IMG/VR virus record: IMGVR_UViG_3300001199_000004
Reading direction: 5' to 3' (one strand)
Origin: a virus
DNA length: 64,000 nucleotides
Shown: piece by piece, positions 62,745-64,000 of the stretch
How the letters are laid out: each line of letters begins with the position of its first letter
Position numbering within the stretch: the stretch's first letter is position 1
Made by a program: the position numbers and the translations under genes
Notes under the pieces: model-generated
What the model was told of the DNA's origin: nothing
Databases searched by the model: none
What the model saw: the letters and a program-made list of their open reading frames with translations, nothing else

Positions 62745-63257
62745 TTAACGGATATCTTTTTTGTTGAGCCAGTCAATGAAAGTCCCTGTTCGCTTAAATC
62801 CTGAGTCTCTTGTAATAACATTTTCTGTCTTTGGATCTACAACTAAATAAGTAGGAACTGCACGTACACGATATTTTTCAGCAACAGCACCTTCTGTTTC
62901 TGTGTTTACAGTATACACCACAAAACTACTTAATGCTTGTTTTACCTTAGGATCAGACAAAGTTTCATTTTCTAGCTTCTTGCACCAAATACAATGATTT
63001 GTGTGAAAATACACGAAAAGGTTCTTATTGGCAGCTTGAGCAGCAGCCAAGGCTTCTTCATACGTTTTAGGTTCAACAGCCTCAACAGGCTTAGTTTCTT
63101 CTTTTTTAGGCTCTACAATCGGTGTAGTAGCCACAATTTCGGCTTCTATAGGTGCAGCAACCACAGAATTTTCAAAAAATTTGTGTTTTACTGATACTGC
63201 CAAGCATGTAGCTAAACCCAATACGGTTATTGTAAAAATTAGGGTTGTTTTTGTCAT
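62745..63257 (-). CDS. Exported thioredoxin-family protein
   Basis: Signal anchor; CIWC active site; YRVRAVPT cis-Pro. Confidence 0.88.
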   Translation of the reverse strand: MTKTTLIFTITVLGLATCLAVSVKHKFFENSVVAAPIEAEIVATTPIVEPKKEETKPVEAVEPKTYEEALAAAQAANKNLFVYFHTNHCIWCKKLENETLSDPKVKQALSSFVVYTVNTETEGAVAEKYRVRAVPTYLVVDPKTENVITRDSGFKRTGTFIDWLNKKDIR

Positions 63258-63300
63258 TTTATTTCCTCAAAGTTAAAGTCTTAACATTAATATAGTATTT

Positions 63301-63978
63301 TTAACTTAATTTTGTTTTAGGAATAGAAAATCCAAATCCCCATTTATCTTCTAAAATATCATAATAATAGTCTTCATTTTTTAAAAAATGCTTGTCAAAA
63401 ACGGGTCTTTCCGCACAAATCACACCATATTGTGTTTCAACATCAGGGTTCCAAAGGCCCGTTTTACAATCATGGCAAGATTGAATAATTTTTGGATTAT
63501 GATTTTTTAAAATATTTAGACAGTTTTCCACATGACTCCAAGTATGTGCAGCATCATGAAAAACCATTTCTACTTTATATTTTTCAAGTATCTCTGGCAA
63601 AAGCAATTCAGCATCACCCCAAAGCTTAATAACATGATCTTCTTTTGGCAAAAACTCTAAAGTTCCATAAACCCCCTCAGGGTATTTATTGGAAGAATCA
63701 TTACCCAATTCAATGCTTATAAAAGTTCCACCAACTACTTTCATGGCATGAGAGAAGATAATGCCAGAATGCCCATGTTGGCCTCCAATTTCAACGAAGA
63801 CCTTAGGGCGAAAAGTTTTGATTAATAGCCAAGCTAAATACGACTCATCGTAAGAAAGCGTTTTAACGCACTTCTTGGCCAAAGCATTCTCAAGCCTCGT
63901 CCAAGGCGATTGAAACCTACTTTTATACTTATCTTTATCTATTTTAAGGTTCTTACAAATTTCATCAAAGGTTGACAT
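63301..63978 (-). CDS. Class I SAM-dependent methyltransferase (Methyltransf_24-like)
   Basis: FVEIGGQHGHS, ISIE, VFHDAAH. Confidence 0.8.
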   Translation of the reverse strand: MSTFDEICKNLKIDKDKYKSRFQSPWTRLENALAKKCVKTLSYDESYLAWLLIKTFRPKVFVEIGGQHGHSGIIFSHAMKVVGGTFISIELGNDSSNKYPEGVYGTLEFLPKEDHVIKLWGDAELLLPEILEKYKVEMVFHDAAHTWSHVENCLNILKNHNPKIIQSCHDCKTGLWNPDVETQYGVICAERPVFDKHFLKNEDYYYDILEDKWGFGFSIPKTKLS

Positions 63979-64000
63979 TATTTATCTATTAAGGCTGTGC

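Overview
This is an AT-rich, gene-dense segment of a large (jumbo-type) tailed phage genome, mostly transcribed on the minus strand and using the standard genetic code. SHD1, HEAT-like and exported proteins suggest a Planctomycetota host, which is an inference. No core structural or replication operon is present. The window is accessory content: translation termination and rescue (release-factor homologue, RRF, tmRNA, Pth2, ClpX, RlmN-like enzyme), RNA repair (Ro60/TROVE, Rnl5-type ligase, HAD, 2H phosphoesterase), NAD/ADP-ribose handling, transcription factors (sigma70, DksA/TraR, alpha-CTD-like, RelA/SpoT-type HD), nucleotide-sugar enzymes and several free-standing nucleases including a solo TnpB. 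The most unusual signal is the release-factor gene. Its SD-backed ATG (40298) can reach the RF frame through two consecutive prfB-style +1 shifts at identical CTT-TAG-C heptamers (UAG rather than UGA). The encoded factor has GGS in place of GGQ and lacks the PxT/SPF codon-recognition loop. Also notable are two covarying minimal Y-RNA-like elements bracketing Ro60, and a shared hairpin plus TATAAAT-box layout at the start of the nuclease genes. All family calls come from motif recognition by eye, not database searches.
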